In this document: piece by piece, positions 24,158 to 36,641 of the stretch
How the letters are laid out: every line of letters begins with the position of its first letter
Numbering within the stretch: position 1 is the stretch's first letter
From: Neoechinorhynchus agilis
Taxonomy: Eukaryota > Animalia > Acanthocephala
Assembly (NCBI GenBank): GCA_051530055.1
Contig: CM121343.1
Location: forward strand, 7,566,044-7,630,043
Reading direction: 5' to 3'
DNA: 64,000 bases
Notes under the pieces: model-generated
Seen by the model: the letters and a program-made list of their open reading frames with translations, nothing else
Databases searched by the model: none
What the model was told of the DNA's origin: nothing
Made by a program: the position numbers and the translations under genes

Positions 24158-25890
24158 GTCATTGTTTTTAGAGGAAATCACAACCTCTAAAAACGGTGAC
24201 CGATGTGACTTTTTCGAAAAATATTTCCATAAAAAATGTGTTATCCGGTGGATAATGATCACCACATCTCTATCATCCCAAAGGATTTTCTCTGGATGAT
24301 ATTTTATTGAAATATTTTGCGAGGAAGCTTCACCTCGTCAGCCATTGTTTTTAGAGGAAATCACAACCTCTAAAAACGGTGACCGATGTGGCTTTTCCAC
24401 AAAATATTTAAATAAAATATGTTTTATCCGCGGATAATGATCACCACATCTCTATCATCCCAAAGGATTTTCTCTGGATGATATTTTATTGAAATATTTT
24501 GCGAGGAAGCCTCACCTCGTCAGTCATTGTTTTTGAGGAAATCACAACCTCTAAAAAACGATGACCGATGTGACTTTTTCGCAAAATATTTAAATAAAAT
24601 ATGTTTTATCCGCGGATAATGATCACCACATCTCTATCATCCCGAAGGATTTTCTCTGGATGATATTTTATGAAATATTTGGGGGTTAGTCATTGTTTTT
24701 AGAGGAAATCACAACCTCTAAAAACGATGACCGATGTGGCTTTTTCGCAAAATATTTAAATAAAATATGTTTTATCCGCGGATAATGATCACCACATCTC
24801 TATCATCCCGAAGGATTTTCTCTGGATGATATTTTATTGAAATATTTTGCGAGGAAGCCTCACCTCGTCAGTCATTGTTTTTGAGGAAATCACAACCTCT
24901 AAAAAACGATGACCGATGTGACTTTTTCGCAAAATATTTAAATAAAATATGTTTTATCCGCGGATAATGATCACCACATCTCTATCATCCCGAAGGATTT
25001 TCTCTGGATGATATTTTATGAAATATTTGCGAGGAAGCTAGTCATTGTTTTTGAGGAAATCACAACCTCTAAAAACGATGACCGATGTGGCTTTTTCACA
25101 AAATATTTAAATAAAATATGTTTTATCCGCGGATAATGATCACCACATCTCTATCATCCCGAAGGATTTTCTCTGGATGATATTTTATAGAAATATTTGC
25201 GAGGAAGCTCACCTCGTCAGTCATTGTTTTTAAGGAAATCACAACCTCTAAAAAACGATGACCGATGTGACTTTTTCACAAAATATTTAAATAAAATATG
25301 TTTTATCCGCGGATAATGATCACCACATCTCTATCATCCCGAAGGATTTTCTCTGGATGATATTTTATTGAAATATTTTGCGAGGAAGCTCACCTCGTCA
25401 GTCATTGTTTTTAAGGAAATCACAACCTCTAAAAAACGATGACCGATGTGGCTTTTTCACAAAATATTTAAATAAAATATGTTTTATCCGCGGATAATGA
25501 TCACCACATCTCTATCATCCCAAAGGATTTTCTCTGGATGATATTTTATTGAAATATTTTGCGAGGGCTTCACCTCGTCAGTCATTGTTTTTGAGGAAAT
25601 CACAACCTCTAAAAACGGTGACCGATGTGGCTTTTCCACAAAATATTTAAATAAAATATGTTTTATCCGCGGATAATGATCACCACATCTCTATCATCCC
25701 AAAGGATTTTCTCTGGATGATATTTTATTGAAATATTTTGCGAGGAAGCCTCACCTCGTCAGCCATTGTTTTTAGAGGAAATCACAACCTCTAAAAACGG
25801 TGACCGATGTGGCTTTTTCGCAAAATATTTATATAAAATATGTTTTATCTGCAGGGTAATGATAACGACGAATCAATCATCCCGAAGGAT
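24157..25890. repeat. Tandem satellite, unit of about 182 bp, about 9.5 copies, rich in internal hairpins
   Basis: GTCATTGTTTTTAGAGGAAATCACAACCTCTAAAAACGATGAC recurs at 24159, 24341 and onward. It abuts the 5' end of the Penelope-like element. Confidence 0.96.
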
Positions 25891-26729
25891 ATTCTTTGGA
25901 TAGCTTAATTTGGTTTAGATTGTTGCCGCAACAAAGCAAAATACAAAAGCAGATAACGAACCAACGTCTGAATTTCACGTACATTAAGAAATTCGCAACC
26001 ATCAAAGGACTACGGAAGAAAGATTAGACTGTTGAACAATCTCCTTTTATTTTTAATGAGTTTTTCGGTTCACTTTGCTTTTTTGGGTGGTTGTTGTGTT
26101 ATTTTGTTTCACTTTTTTCTCATAATCAAAATATTGAAGGTGGTCAACATCTTGATCAAACGATGGTACTCGCCAATTCCTGAGAATATCTCATAGTTTC
26201 TTTAAATTTTAGTCGTTTGGACGGCGAGAATGTGTTATAATGACCAATCAATATTTTTTCTCAATTTCGCAACGCTTACAGATTTGCGTCCACGTCTGAA
26301 ATTCAATATTTAAATCATTCTTCATTTTGAGCCATTAGCTAAAGCCATTCGTGTGATTTTTAGCCCGAAGATCAAAAATATCAACTCTAGTTCATAGATG
26401 CAATTATTTGCCAATAAAAGACTCCATTTTCCGGGACTCTTCCCAATGTGGTTCATGTTTAGGCATTTCACTATGCTGTTAGAAGCCTTTTCGGCGAGAA
26501 ACTCTTTGATAGCAATATATTTGGAAAAAGGTACATTGACGAGGCCAAGTTTTGTATGGAACAATTCCATTTTTGTGTTTTTTTGATGATAATCAAAATA
26601 TTTCTTTGGACTTCAAGCTGAAGATCTCTCAGTGAGAAAAAATAGCATTTATAACTCGGAACACTTAAACGACCTGAAGAAGGAGACGAAGTTTTGTAAT
26701 TCGATTTAAGATTCATATGCTCATGTTGT

Positions 26730-26812
26730 TGTTGATTTCATAAAATGGCTCTGATTCCAGTAGTCGACTATCTCGGGTGTTGTTGACAAGCGACCTCGTA
26801 AACAACAATATA
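26730..26812 (-). repeat. Solo diverged monomer of the 196-bp family B satellite
   Basis: CTCTGATTCCAGTAGTCGAC is the exact reverse complement of GTCGACTACTGGAATCAGAG in the 33489 array, followed by CTCGGGT...GACAAGCGACCT...AACAACAA. Confidence 0.8.
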
Positions 26813-27048
26813 TATATAGTTGTTGTTTTTTTTCCAATGGCAAACGTAGTTGCGCCATAGCATCTTTTCTTCGATGGATGTGCCACTTTTCCCCATCACC
26901 ACGTCGTAAAATATCTCCCGAAGCACATAAATTAGCAGACGTCTTCCAAGAAAACGGAGCGTTAAAGCAGCGCATTGATTAGCGCACGCCATCATTGTGA
27001 TTTGTTGTAATCCGGGTCTCTCGATTGATAATCTGAGCCAGCTTTTAG

Positions 27049-28571
27049 ATGGAAGCTACTACTAACAAACAACTTCATCAAACATCCAGTGGTCCAGATA
27101 ACTCGACCGCATTTAAGAATAAAAACGTAGATGGAGCACTTTGGAACGCATGCAAGTTCGGCGATGCAGAACAATGCAAGGCGGCACTGGAGAAAGGAGC
27201 AAATCCTGATGGATGTAAGGACACTTTGAAATCAATTGAAGGTGGTCAACGTATAAACCAATCAAGTAGCCCCTTGTGTGCAGCCGCTCATAAAGGATTC
27301 GAAGAAATCGTGGGCATTCTGATTGAACATGGCGCTGACGTCAATGTTCGTGTCGACTCATTGGTTGTGAATCGCTCTGCTCTGTCGTCGTTCACCACCA
27401 CCACACCGCGATTGATAATTTCTTCTTAAAAGATTCAGTGAACATTAATTGTCAATCGCTGGTCTACATCGTCAGATTCGTCCGAGAATGATACAAGAAG
27501 ACACCTTCCCCCTGGCCATTCGAGTGTAGTGCCCTATTATGACACTCCACTCACATTAGCCATCAAATACGGACACACCGCGATTGCGAAGAAACTCGTG
27601 GAAAATGGGGCCGAAGTGCTTCTGAACTACGGCAACACTTTCGAGAAATCACCTTTGCAGGAAACGATAAGACTTTATAGGACGGATTGTCTAAACATGA
27701 TATATGAACATGCATCGCGCTCTAAAATCAATGTGTTCAACCAGACCACGTCCGAGTTCGAAATGCGTTCAATTGACGATGTTCTGCGGATGCACAAGAA
27801 CGATATCGTGAAACAGTGTCTTATTAACGACAATGCCGAAGCGCTTGCTATTTTTATTCCGATTCTTTGGAATTCAGATCATCTGAACAGCGATTTAATG
27901 ATGACATCTATCAGTAATTTAATGCTTAAAAACAAAGTACAAACTGACAAGGCTGCTCACGTGCTACAAACCATCCTTGAGCACATTCCTGAGGATACTC
28001 TGAAATTATATGACTTTGCGTTATTTTTAAAGGGATTCCTAAGACTTTTATCTGCCAGGTTCTTAAGCATAAGCGATGAACGTTTCACTCTTCTGCTTTA
28101 AAACATGAGCTCTCCATTTTTAAAAAAATTGCAATCTCTAACAGAGAGTTCATGTGAAACAGGGCAAACCTGTTCTTCATCGTGATGAAGTACCACAAGG
28201 AACTTAATTTTGAGAATTATCTTCAGGAACTAGATTCTTGTTTTATGAATCTGTACGACACAGTCCGCGATACCGGTGAAAATAAAATGAACATTATTGA
28301 ATTTATGATGAACTTTTACGAAAATCTTATTCTAATGGGACATCTCCGGCTCACTCCTGCGGTTATTGTACAGATCCTTAATTATAAGCACGTAATTGAA
28401 TTTGAAAAAATTCAAGAGTATCTTCTTTTCAGAGCCACGCGACCACTAACACTTAAAGATATATGCCGGCTCAGAATCAAACAAAACATGAAATCTTATA
28501 AACGAGCATCGATCGATTGTCTAAGATTACAGCCACCGGATCTCTACGACTACGTGTACTACCTAGTGTAG
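27049..28571 (+). CDS. Ankyrin repeat and SOCS box protein (ASB family)
   Basis: Ankyrin repeats (SPLCAAAHKGFEEIVGILIEHGADVN; TPLTLAIKYGHTAIAKKLVENGA) and a C-terminal SOCS box (PLTLKDICRLRIKQ...LQPPDLYDYV). Spread over three ORF blocks. Confidence 0.88.
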
Positions 28572-28844
28572 CTTCAGTTTTAAATGGAACTACCGTATAC
28601 TGTTTTAGCAATAAAATGATAATTCACTACGTTACGAACCCTCAATTCACTCGCCTCCGAAGCTCATCGACCCGTGTTTCTTATAGCCATTTTCAAACCC
28701 ATTCTCGCAAATTAAGATCTCTTTAAGAAGGTGTGAATAATGATGCCGCTCAAAGGTATCAGCCAAAGACCGTATAGGAAGCACATTCTACATCGAACGC
28801 TTATTTGGGCAATTTTAGGCATAAATCGAAAGGAATCAAATACT

Positions 28845-31092
28845 TTTTCTTTGTTATAACCTCCCGCCTCATTCCAAAATTCACCGATGATTTATTTCCC
28901 CGATATTTCACCTCTCGGATAATTCCGACATTTTCCCATCGGACGCTCAAAGTGAATTAAAATCCGGGAAGTGACAAAACTAAGAAAAAAAGAACATCTT
29001 TTCCTCCGAAGACAATAATCCTGCAACAAGAATATCTTCGTTTTTCTTGTTATAACCTCCCGCCTCATTCCAAAATTCACCGATGATTTATTTCCCCGAT
29101 GTTTCACCTCTCGGATAATTCCGACATTTTCCCATCGGACGCTCAAAGTGAATTAAAATCCGAGAAGTGACAAAACTAAGAAAAAAAGAACATCTTTTCC
29201 TCCGAAGACAATAATCCTGCAACAAGAATATCTTCGTTTTTCTTTGTTATAACCTCCCGCCTCATTCCAAAATTCACCGATGATTTATTTCCCCGATATT
29301 TCACCTCTCGGATAATTCCGACATTTTCCCATCGGACGCTCAAAGTGAATTAAAATCCGAGAAGTGACAAAACTAAGAAAAAAGAACATCTTTTCCTCCG
29401 AAGACAATAATCCTGCAACAAGAATATCTTCGTTTTTCTTTGTTATAACCTCCCGCCTCATTCCAAAATTCACCGATGATTTATTTCCCCGATGTTTCAC
29501 CTCTCGGATAATTCCGACATTTTCCCATCGGACGCTCAAAGTGAATTAAAATCCGAGAAGTGACAAAACTAAGAAAAAAAGAACATCTTTTCCTCCGAAG
29601 ACAATAATCCTGCAACAAGAATATCTTCGTTTTTCTTTGTTATACCTCCCGCCTCATTCCAAAATTCACCGATGATTTATTTCCCCGATATTTCACCTCT
29701 CGGATAATTCCGACATTTTCCCATCGGACGCTCAAAGTGAATTAAAATCCGAGAAGTGACAAAACTAAGAAAAAAGAACATCTTTTCCTCCGAAGACAAT
29801 AATCCTGCAACAAGAATATCTTCGTTTTTCTTTGTTATAACCTCCCGCCTCATTCCAAAATTCACCGATGATTTATTTCCCCGATATTTCACCTCTCGGA
29901 TAATTCCGACATTTTCCCATCGGACGCTCAAAGTGAATTAAAATCCGAGAAGTGACAAAACTAAGAAAAAAAGAACATCTTTTCCTCCGAAGACAATAAT
30001 CCTGCAACAAGAATATCTTCGTTTTTCTTGTTATAACCTCCCGCCTCATTCCAAAATTCACCGATGATTTATTTCCCCGATGTTTCACCTCTCGGATAAT
30101 TCCGACATTTTCCCATCGGACGCTCAAAGTGAATTAAAATCCGAGAAGTGACAAAACTAAGAAAAAAAGAACATCTTTTCCTCCGAAGACAATAATCCTG
30201 CAACAAGAATATCGTTTTTCTTTGTTATAACCTCCCGCCTCATTCCAAAATTCACCGATGATTTATTTCCCCGATATTTCACCTCTCGGATAATTCCGAC
30301 ATTTTCCCATCGGACGCTCAAGTGATTAAAATCAAAGTGACAAACTAAGAAAAAAAGAACATCTTTTCCTCCGAAGACAATAATCCTGCAACAAGAATAT
30401 CTTCGTTTTTCTTTGTTATAACCTCCCGCCTCATTCCAAAATTCACCGATGATTTATTTCCCCGATATTTCACCTCTCGGATAATTCCGACATTTTCCCA
30501 TCGGACGCTCAAAGTGAATTAAAATCCGAGAAGTGACAAAACTAAGAAAAAAAGAACATCTTTTCCTCTGAAGACAATAATCCTGCAACAAGAATATCTT
30601 CGTTTTTCTTTGTTATAACCTCCCGCCTCATTCCAAAATTCACCGATGATTTATTTCCCCGATGTTTCACCTCTCGGATAATTCCGACATTTTCCCATCG
30701 GACGCTCAAAGTGAATTAAAATCCGAGAAGTGACAAAACTAAGAAAAAAAGAACATCTTTTCCTCCGAAGACAATAATCCTGCAACAAGAATATCTTCGT
30801 TTTTCTTTGTTATAACCTCCCGCCTCATTCCAAAATTCACCGATGATTTATTTCCCCGATATTTCACCTCTCGGATAATTCCGACATTTTCCCATCGGAC
30901 GCTCAAAGTGAATTAAAATCCGAGAAGTGACAAAACTAAGAAAAAAAGAACATCTTTTCCTCCGAAGACAATAATCCTGCAACAAGAATATCTTCGTTTT
31001 TCTTTGTTATAACCTCCCGCCTCATTCCAAAATTCACCGATGATTTATTTCCCCGATGTTTCACCTCTCGGATAATTCCGACATTTTCCCAT
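28845..31092 (+). repeat. Tandem satellite family A, unit of about 196 bp, about 11.5 copies
   Basis: TTATAACCTCCCGCCTCATTCCAAAATTCACCGATG recurs about every 196 bp. Confidence 0.97.
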
Positions 31093-31231
31093 GGTTTGTC
31101 AATGGAAAAAAACTGTGGTGCTCTAGCTCAGAAATTCTAGTGGACAGTGAGTCCAGGAACAGAGGTTTGACCCACCCGTTGCCCGATAATATCCAGTCTA
31201 CGGGCTAACACTATTAAACTTGTGTTTTAGA

Positions 31232-31340
31232 TGACAAACCTTGGGAAAATGTCGGAATTATCCGAGAGGTGAAATATCGGGGAAATAAATCATCGGTGAA
31301 TTTTGGAATCCGGTGAGGTGGTATAACTAAGAAATGAAAT
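31232..31340 (-). repeat. Inverted partial copy of family A closing a foldback structure
   Basis: TGACAAACCTTGGGAAAATGTCGGAATTATCCGAGAGG... is the reverse complement of the array end ...CCGACATTTTCCCATGGTTTGTCA, with a spacer of about 130 bp. Confidence 0.9.
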
Positions 31341-31939
31341 TATCTTTCACCCGAAGATACTGGGAGAGGGACAACACTTTGAAAACACATTCGTTAATTT
31401 TAGAGTTTCAGTGGAAGTATTCATATGGTTAGTAAAATTTAAAAGCTGTATCGAGAACTTTCTAGACGACCACCGGCAATTGAGATTTTCGACGCGTGCC
31501 GCAATTCGGTGGTACAGCCGGATCGACGGTGCTCATTATCGTTGAATTCGACGTATTTGAAGGGTGTTTCGTTTTCGCCTGGATTGGCGCAAATGTACCC
31601 ATTATTGTCACTTCTTATTTCGGTCCAGGTTTGTATGTTCCAATCTCATCGTTTCGCAATAAAGCGAATATTGATGACTTTTCAACTTTACACCACCACC
31701 AACTGCGTTTTTTGAACCCATAGCGATAAATCTACCTTTTGACTACCGAAAAGATTTTTGCGTCGGTGACCCAACGCCGAAATTCTGCATGCTGATCAGA
31801 CTTCGTATCTGGATATACCCAAACTATCGATGTAAAAGGTATTTTGGTCGCACAATTTGGGCATGGAAAGCCATACACTCGATATCTATGACTTTATTTA
31901 GGACTTAAGATTTCAGAAGAAGAAAGCTATATGCTAATC

Positions 31940-33357
31940 TTAGAAGACTGACAATTCATTCATCGTTTTTTGGAGTTCCCTTTCGACAGTTTCGTGCTTC
32001 ACCGTTTCCACCATCAATTCATCTATCAGATTCATCGAGTTAGAAGAGACTAATATACGTAATTTCGTACCCTCGAGCTTCTCAATCTCCTTTTTTAGTT
32101 TCTGCAATGTCCGTTCAGCTTGATCGGCTCGTTCTTCTGCCTTAAAGAGCCTTAGTGAACAAAACCGTTTGCGAGAAAAACAATCCAGCGCGGAATATAA
32201 ATGCAACGAATAAAATCCAAAACGCGTAAACATAATTCAAAAATTCCTTCATTTATCTACTTTCGATTTCTAGCTGTAAGTGGAAATGCTTCGAGGAGTG
32301 TTTGATATCATTTGCTAATACGTTTCCGCGTTAACTAAAAGGAAAACGTTACCATTTTAAGTTTTGAACTCAGGTCATGTATTTGCTCGTCGAAACTGTC
32401 TTCACGTTGGACGGATTCTTGTTCTGCTATTTCTAGCGATTTTAAATCATTTCCAACAACTTTAAGTTCTTCTTCTAATTGCCCAACTCTACGTTCGGCT
32501 AATTCCAGGCGGTCTTCCTCCTTTTCTAGCTGGTCTTCCAAAATTGGTAGGCGACTCGCCACCTACCACATCAATCACTAAAGTGTTATTTAAAAATAAC
32601 ACAAACATCCAAACCTCGTCGTATTTACGACTAGAATCCTCAGCAACCTTTTGAGCCTGCACTAAATGACTTTCTAGTTCTTCAATTCGTTCATCATCTT
32701 GGTAACTGGCGGTCTCTAGAGTTTTGCGGCCCCTGATGGCAAGAATACAATCATTGGTCATATCGGATTTAGGTGCATGCACTTACTTCTCACTCTGTTC
32801 TGCAGCAGTGGATGCATCGTTCAATCTGCTCGCCGCGCCACTAAGCCTGTCCTCAGCTCTGCTGTATTCCTCTTGAAGCAGTGTTATTTTATTCTTCAAA
32901 TCAACAATTTCTAACTCCGCCTATGAAAATCGTTTGATAGCGCACAAATTTTCTTGACTGGGAAGGAACCAATGTACCTGCTCAACTTTCTTTTGAGAAT
33001 CCTCTAGTTTATCAGTAGCACCATCTAATCCCATTTGCAATTGATCCACCTCAGTGTCGAGATCATGCATTAGCTTTGAATATTCGCTTGTTGCTTGCTC
33101 CTCCTTTAAATGTGATACCAGTGAGCTCTTTAGAACGTTGAAAAACGAGCAAATCATGGAGGTAAAAAATCACACTATTTTTTGTTCACTAAACCGCTGA
33201 TTCCGCACTCTTCTCAAACCTGTTGCAATTTCGCTTCAAGATCACTGTATCGAAGTTCCATTTTGTTTTTACGTTCTAATGCGCTTTCCTTTTCGGATAT
33301 CAGCGCAACCATCTTCTTCTTAATTGAGTCCATACTGGCCGATTGTTGCTGTGTCAT
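31940..33357 (-). CDS. Tpm: Tropomyosin (divergent, about 7 exons)
   Basis: [39 protein letters not shown]|[21 protein letters not shown] and [15 protein letters not shown], with canonical GT-AG introns. Confidence 0.93.
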
Positions 33358-33488
33358 TTTGAAAAATTAAAGTTGTATCTCTTGTCTGAATAAGAGAAAG
33401 ATCTTTATGTCTTGATGAGTCGATGTTTTTCACCATGAGTATGATTTTCCGGATAGATATATGTGTACACTCACACGCACACACACTC

Positions 33489-35865
33489 ATGATGGGTAAA
33501 CATTTAGGCGTCCGGAAACGTGAGTTCGCCCATTTACACCCGTTTTTGTTGTTATTTAGGTCGCTGGTCCACCAAACCCGAGAGGGGTCGCGATAAAGAG
33601 ACGAATATACGTCGACTACTGGAATCAGAGTAATGAAATCAATCTAAAAAACTAAGAAGAGGAATTTGTAACAAAACACACCAAATGATGGGTAAACATT
33701 TAGGCGTCCGGAAACGTGAGTTCGCCCATTTACACCCGTTTTTGTTGTTATTTAGGTCGCTGGTCCACCAAACCCGAGAGGGGTCGCGATAAAGAGACGA
33801 ATATACGTCGACTACTGGAATCAGAGTAATGAAATCAATCTAAAAAACTAAGAAGAGGAATTTGTAACAAAACACACCAAATGATGGGTAAACATTTAGG
33901 CACCCCGAAACGTGAGTTCGCCCATTTACACCCGTTTTTGTTGTTATTTAGGTCGCTGGTCCACCAAACCCGAGAGGGGTCGCGATAAAGAGACGAATAT
34001 ACGTCGACTACTGGAATCAGAGTAATGAAATCAATCTAAAAAACTAAGAAGAGGAATTTGTAACAAAACACACCAAATGATGGGTAAACATTTAGGCGTC
34101 CGGAAACGTGAGTTCGCCCATTTACACCCGTTTTTGTTGTTATTTAGGTCGCTGGTCCACCAAACCCGAGAGGGGTCGCGATAAAGAGACGAATATACGT
34201 CGACTACTGGAATCAGAGCAATGAAATCAATCTAAAAAACTAAGAAGAGGAATTTGTAACAAAACACACCAAATGATGGGTAAACATTTAGGCACCGAAA
34301 CGTGAGTTCGCCCATTTACACCCGTTTTTGTTGTTATTTAGGTCGCTGGTCCACCAAACCCGAGAGGGGTCGCGATAAAGAGACGAATATACGTCGACTA
34401 CTGGAATCAGAGTAATGAAATCAATCTAAAAAACTAAGAAGAGGAATTTGTAACAAAACACACCAAATGATGGGTAAACATTTAGGCGTCCAAACGTGAG
34501 TTCGCCCATTTACACCCGTTTTGTTGTTATTTAGGTCGCTGGTCCACAAACCCGAGAGGGGTCGCGTTAAAGAGACGAATATACGTCGACTACTGGAATC
34601 AAACTCATGAAATCAATCTAAAAAACTAAGAAGAGGAATTTGTAACAAAACACACCAAATGATGGGTAAACATTTAGGCACCCCGAAACGTGAGTTCGCC
34701 CATTTACACCCGTTTTTGTTGTTATTTAGGTCGCTGGTCCACCAAACCCGAGAGGGGTCGCGATAAAGAGACGAATATACGTCGACTACTGGAATCAGAG
34801 TAATGAAATCAATCTAAAAAACTAAGAGGAATTTGTAACAAAACACACCAAATGATGGGTAAACATTTAGGCACCCCGAAACGTGAGTTCGCCCATTTAC
34901 ACCCGTTTTTGTTGTTATTTAGGTCGCTGGTCCACCAAACCCGAGAGGGGTCGCGATAAAGAGACGAATATACGTCGACTACTGGAATCAGAGTAATGAA
35001 ATCAATCTAAAAAACTAAGAAGAATTTGTAACAAAACCACCAAATGATGGGTAAACATTTAGGCACCCCGAAACGTGAGTTCGCCCATTTACACCCGTTT
35101 TTGTTGTTATTTAGGTCGCTGGTCCACCAAACCCGAGAGGGTCGCGATAAAGAGACGAATATACGTCGACTGGAATCAGCTAATGAAATCAATCTAAAAA
35201 ACTAAGAAGGAATTTGTAACAAAACACACCAAATGATGGGTAAACATTTAGGCACCCCGAAACGTGAGTTCGCCCATTTACACCCGTTTTTGTTGTTATT
35301 TAGGTCGCTGGTCCACCAAACCCGAGAGGGGTCGCGATAAAGAGACGAATATACGTCGACTACTGGAATCAGAGTAATGAAATCAATCTAAAAAACTAAG
35401 AAGAGGAATTTGTAACAAAACACACCAAATGATGGGTAAACATTTAGGCGTCCGGAAACGTGAGTTCGCCCATTTACACCCGTTTTTGTTGTTATTTAGG
35501 TCGCTGGTCCACCAAACCCGAGAGGGGTCGCGATAAAGAGACGAATATACGTCGACTACTGGAATCAGAGTAATGAAATCAATCTAAAAAACTAAGAAGA
35601 GGAATTTGTAACAAAACACACCAAATGATGGGTAAACATTTAGGCGTCCGGAAACGTGAGTTCGCCCATTTACACCCGTTTTTGTTGTTATTTAGGTCGC
35701 TGGTCCACCAAACCCGAGAGGGGTCGCGTTAAAGAGACGAATATACGTCGACTACTGGAATCAGAGTAATGAAATCAATCTAAAAAACTAAGAAGAGGAA
35801 TTTGTAACAAAACACACCAAATGATGGGTAAACATTTAGGCGTCCGGAAACGTGAGTTCGCCCTT
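33489..35865. repeat. Tandem satellite family B, 196-bp unit, about 12 copies
   Basis: ATGATGGGTAAACATTTAGG at 33489, 33685, 33881 and 34077. Preceded by a CACACGCACACACAC microsatellite. Confidence 0.97.
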
Positions 35866-36641
35866 ATTTATGTCGCTTGTCAACCTTCAAACGCCACTTT
35901 GAGACTTATGAAAAATATACTTTTCTCACATCATCACAGTGGCGTGGTTCAAAAATAACGCATAAGGGTTTCTCGGTATCCTGTATTCTATATCGAAGGT
36001 CGATTTCTTCGTAATTTAAAAGGGTATATTCTTCATGCCAAAGGTCGTATGCGGCAATTGGCGTTTACGTGAAGGCATTTAGAAGCAGTCTTGGATAATA
36101 AAACTCTTGTGGAACAAAACAACTTCATTATATATCGGGCCATTTCTGTAAAAAGCAATTCAAATACTCTTAACTTGGTCGTGAATTGAGTCGCCGCATT
36201 TCTTGGAACGGTGATTGTTTCTACAAATAATGTTCTTTAGCTGTTGTGAATATTTGCTGCATGAAACTAAGGAGCCCCTTGCAGCGATTTCGTTATCCAT
36301 CAAATTTTTGTGCCATAAAAACGTTTATCCACTTTGACGAAAGTGGCAACATTGTTTCATCTAGAAACGGATTACCCGATTGGTATAGTTTTATTCGTTA
36401 TTGGCTTTTCCATCTTAAAGAGCGATTTATCTGATAATTTTAGAGTGTGGTTAGTTTACGAACTGTTATTGTGGCGTGGAAGGTTTTTTTGACAAATGGA
36501 AGAAAATCCTGGTACAAATCGGGGGCGCACTCGTGTTCTATAATCTCAAGATTTTGTGTCAAACAAGTAAACAGTTTATAAATAAACAAACATGCAAAAC
36601 AAATCATCAATAGCAGAGATCGAGATCGGAAAACGAATAAG

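Noticed and set aside
24157-25890. Canonical hammerhead in the 182-bp unit (CTGACGA on the minus strand)
   Set aside because: No GAAA follows stem II, and the CGA pairs into a simple hairpin.
28892-30127. Repeated 84-aa and 61-aa ORFs (also 46772-49363 and 35007-35192)
   Set aside because: They are by-products of satellite units whose length is not a multiple of three, and copies differ by frameshifts.
31496-31900. Short ORFs downstream of tropomyosin on both strands
   Set aside because: No start or splice context and no recognisable motif; the best minus frame has an internal stop.
33489-35865. Spliced-leader RNA or snRNA gene array (GTAAACATT and AATTTG motifs; AATTTTGG in family A)
   Set aside because: Only short matches, without the leader/donor/Sm-site stem-loop arrangement. 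The Sm-like motif is not conserved among family A copies.
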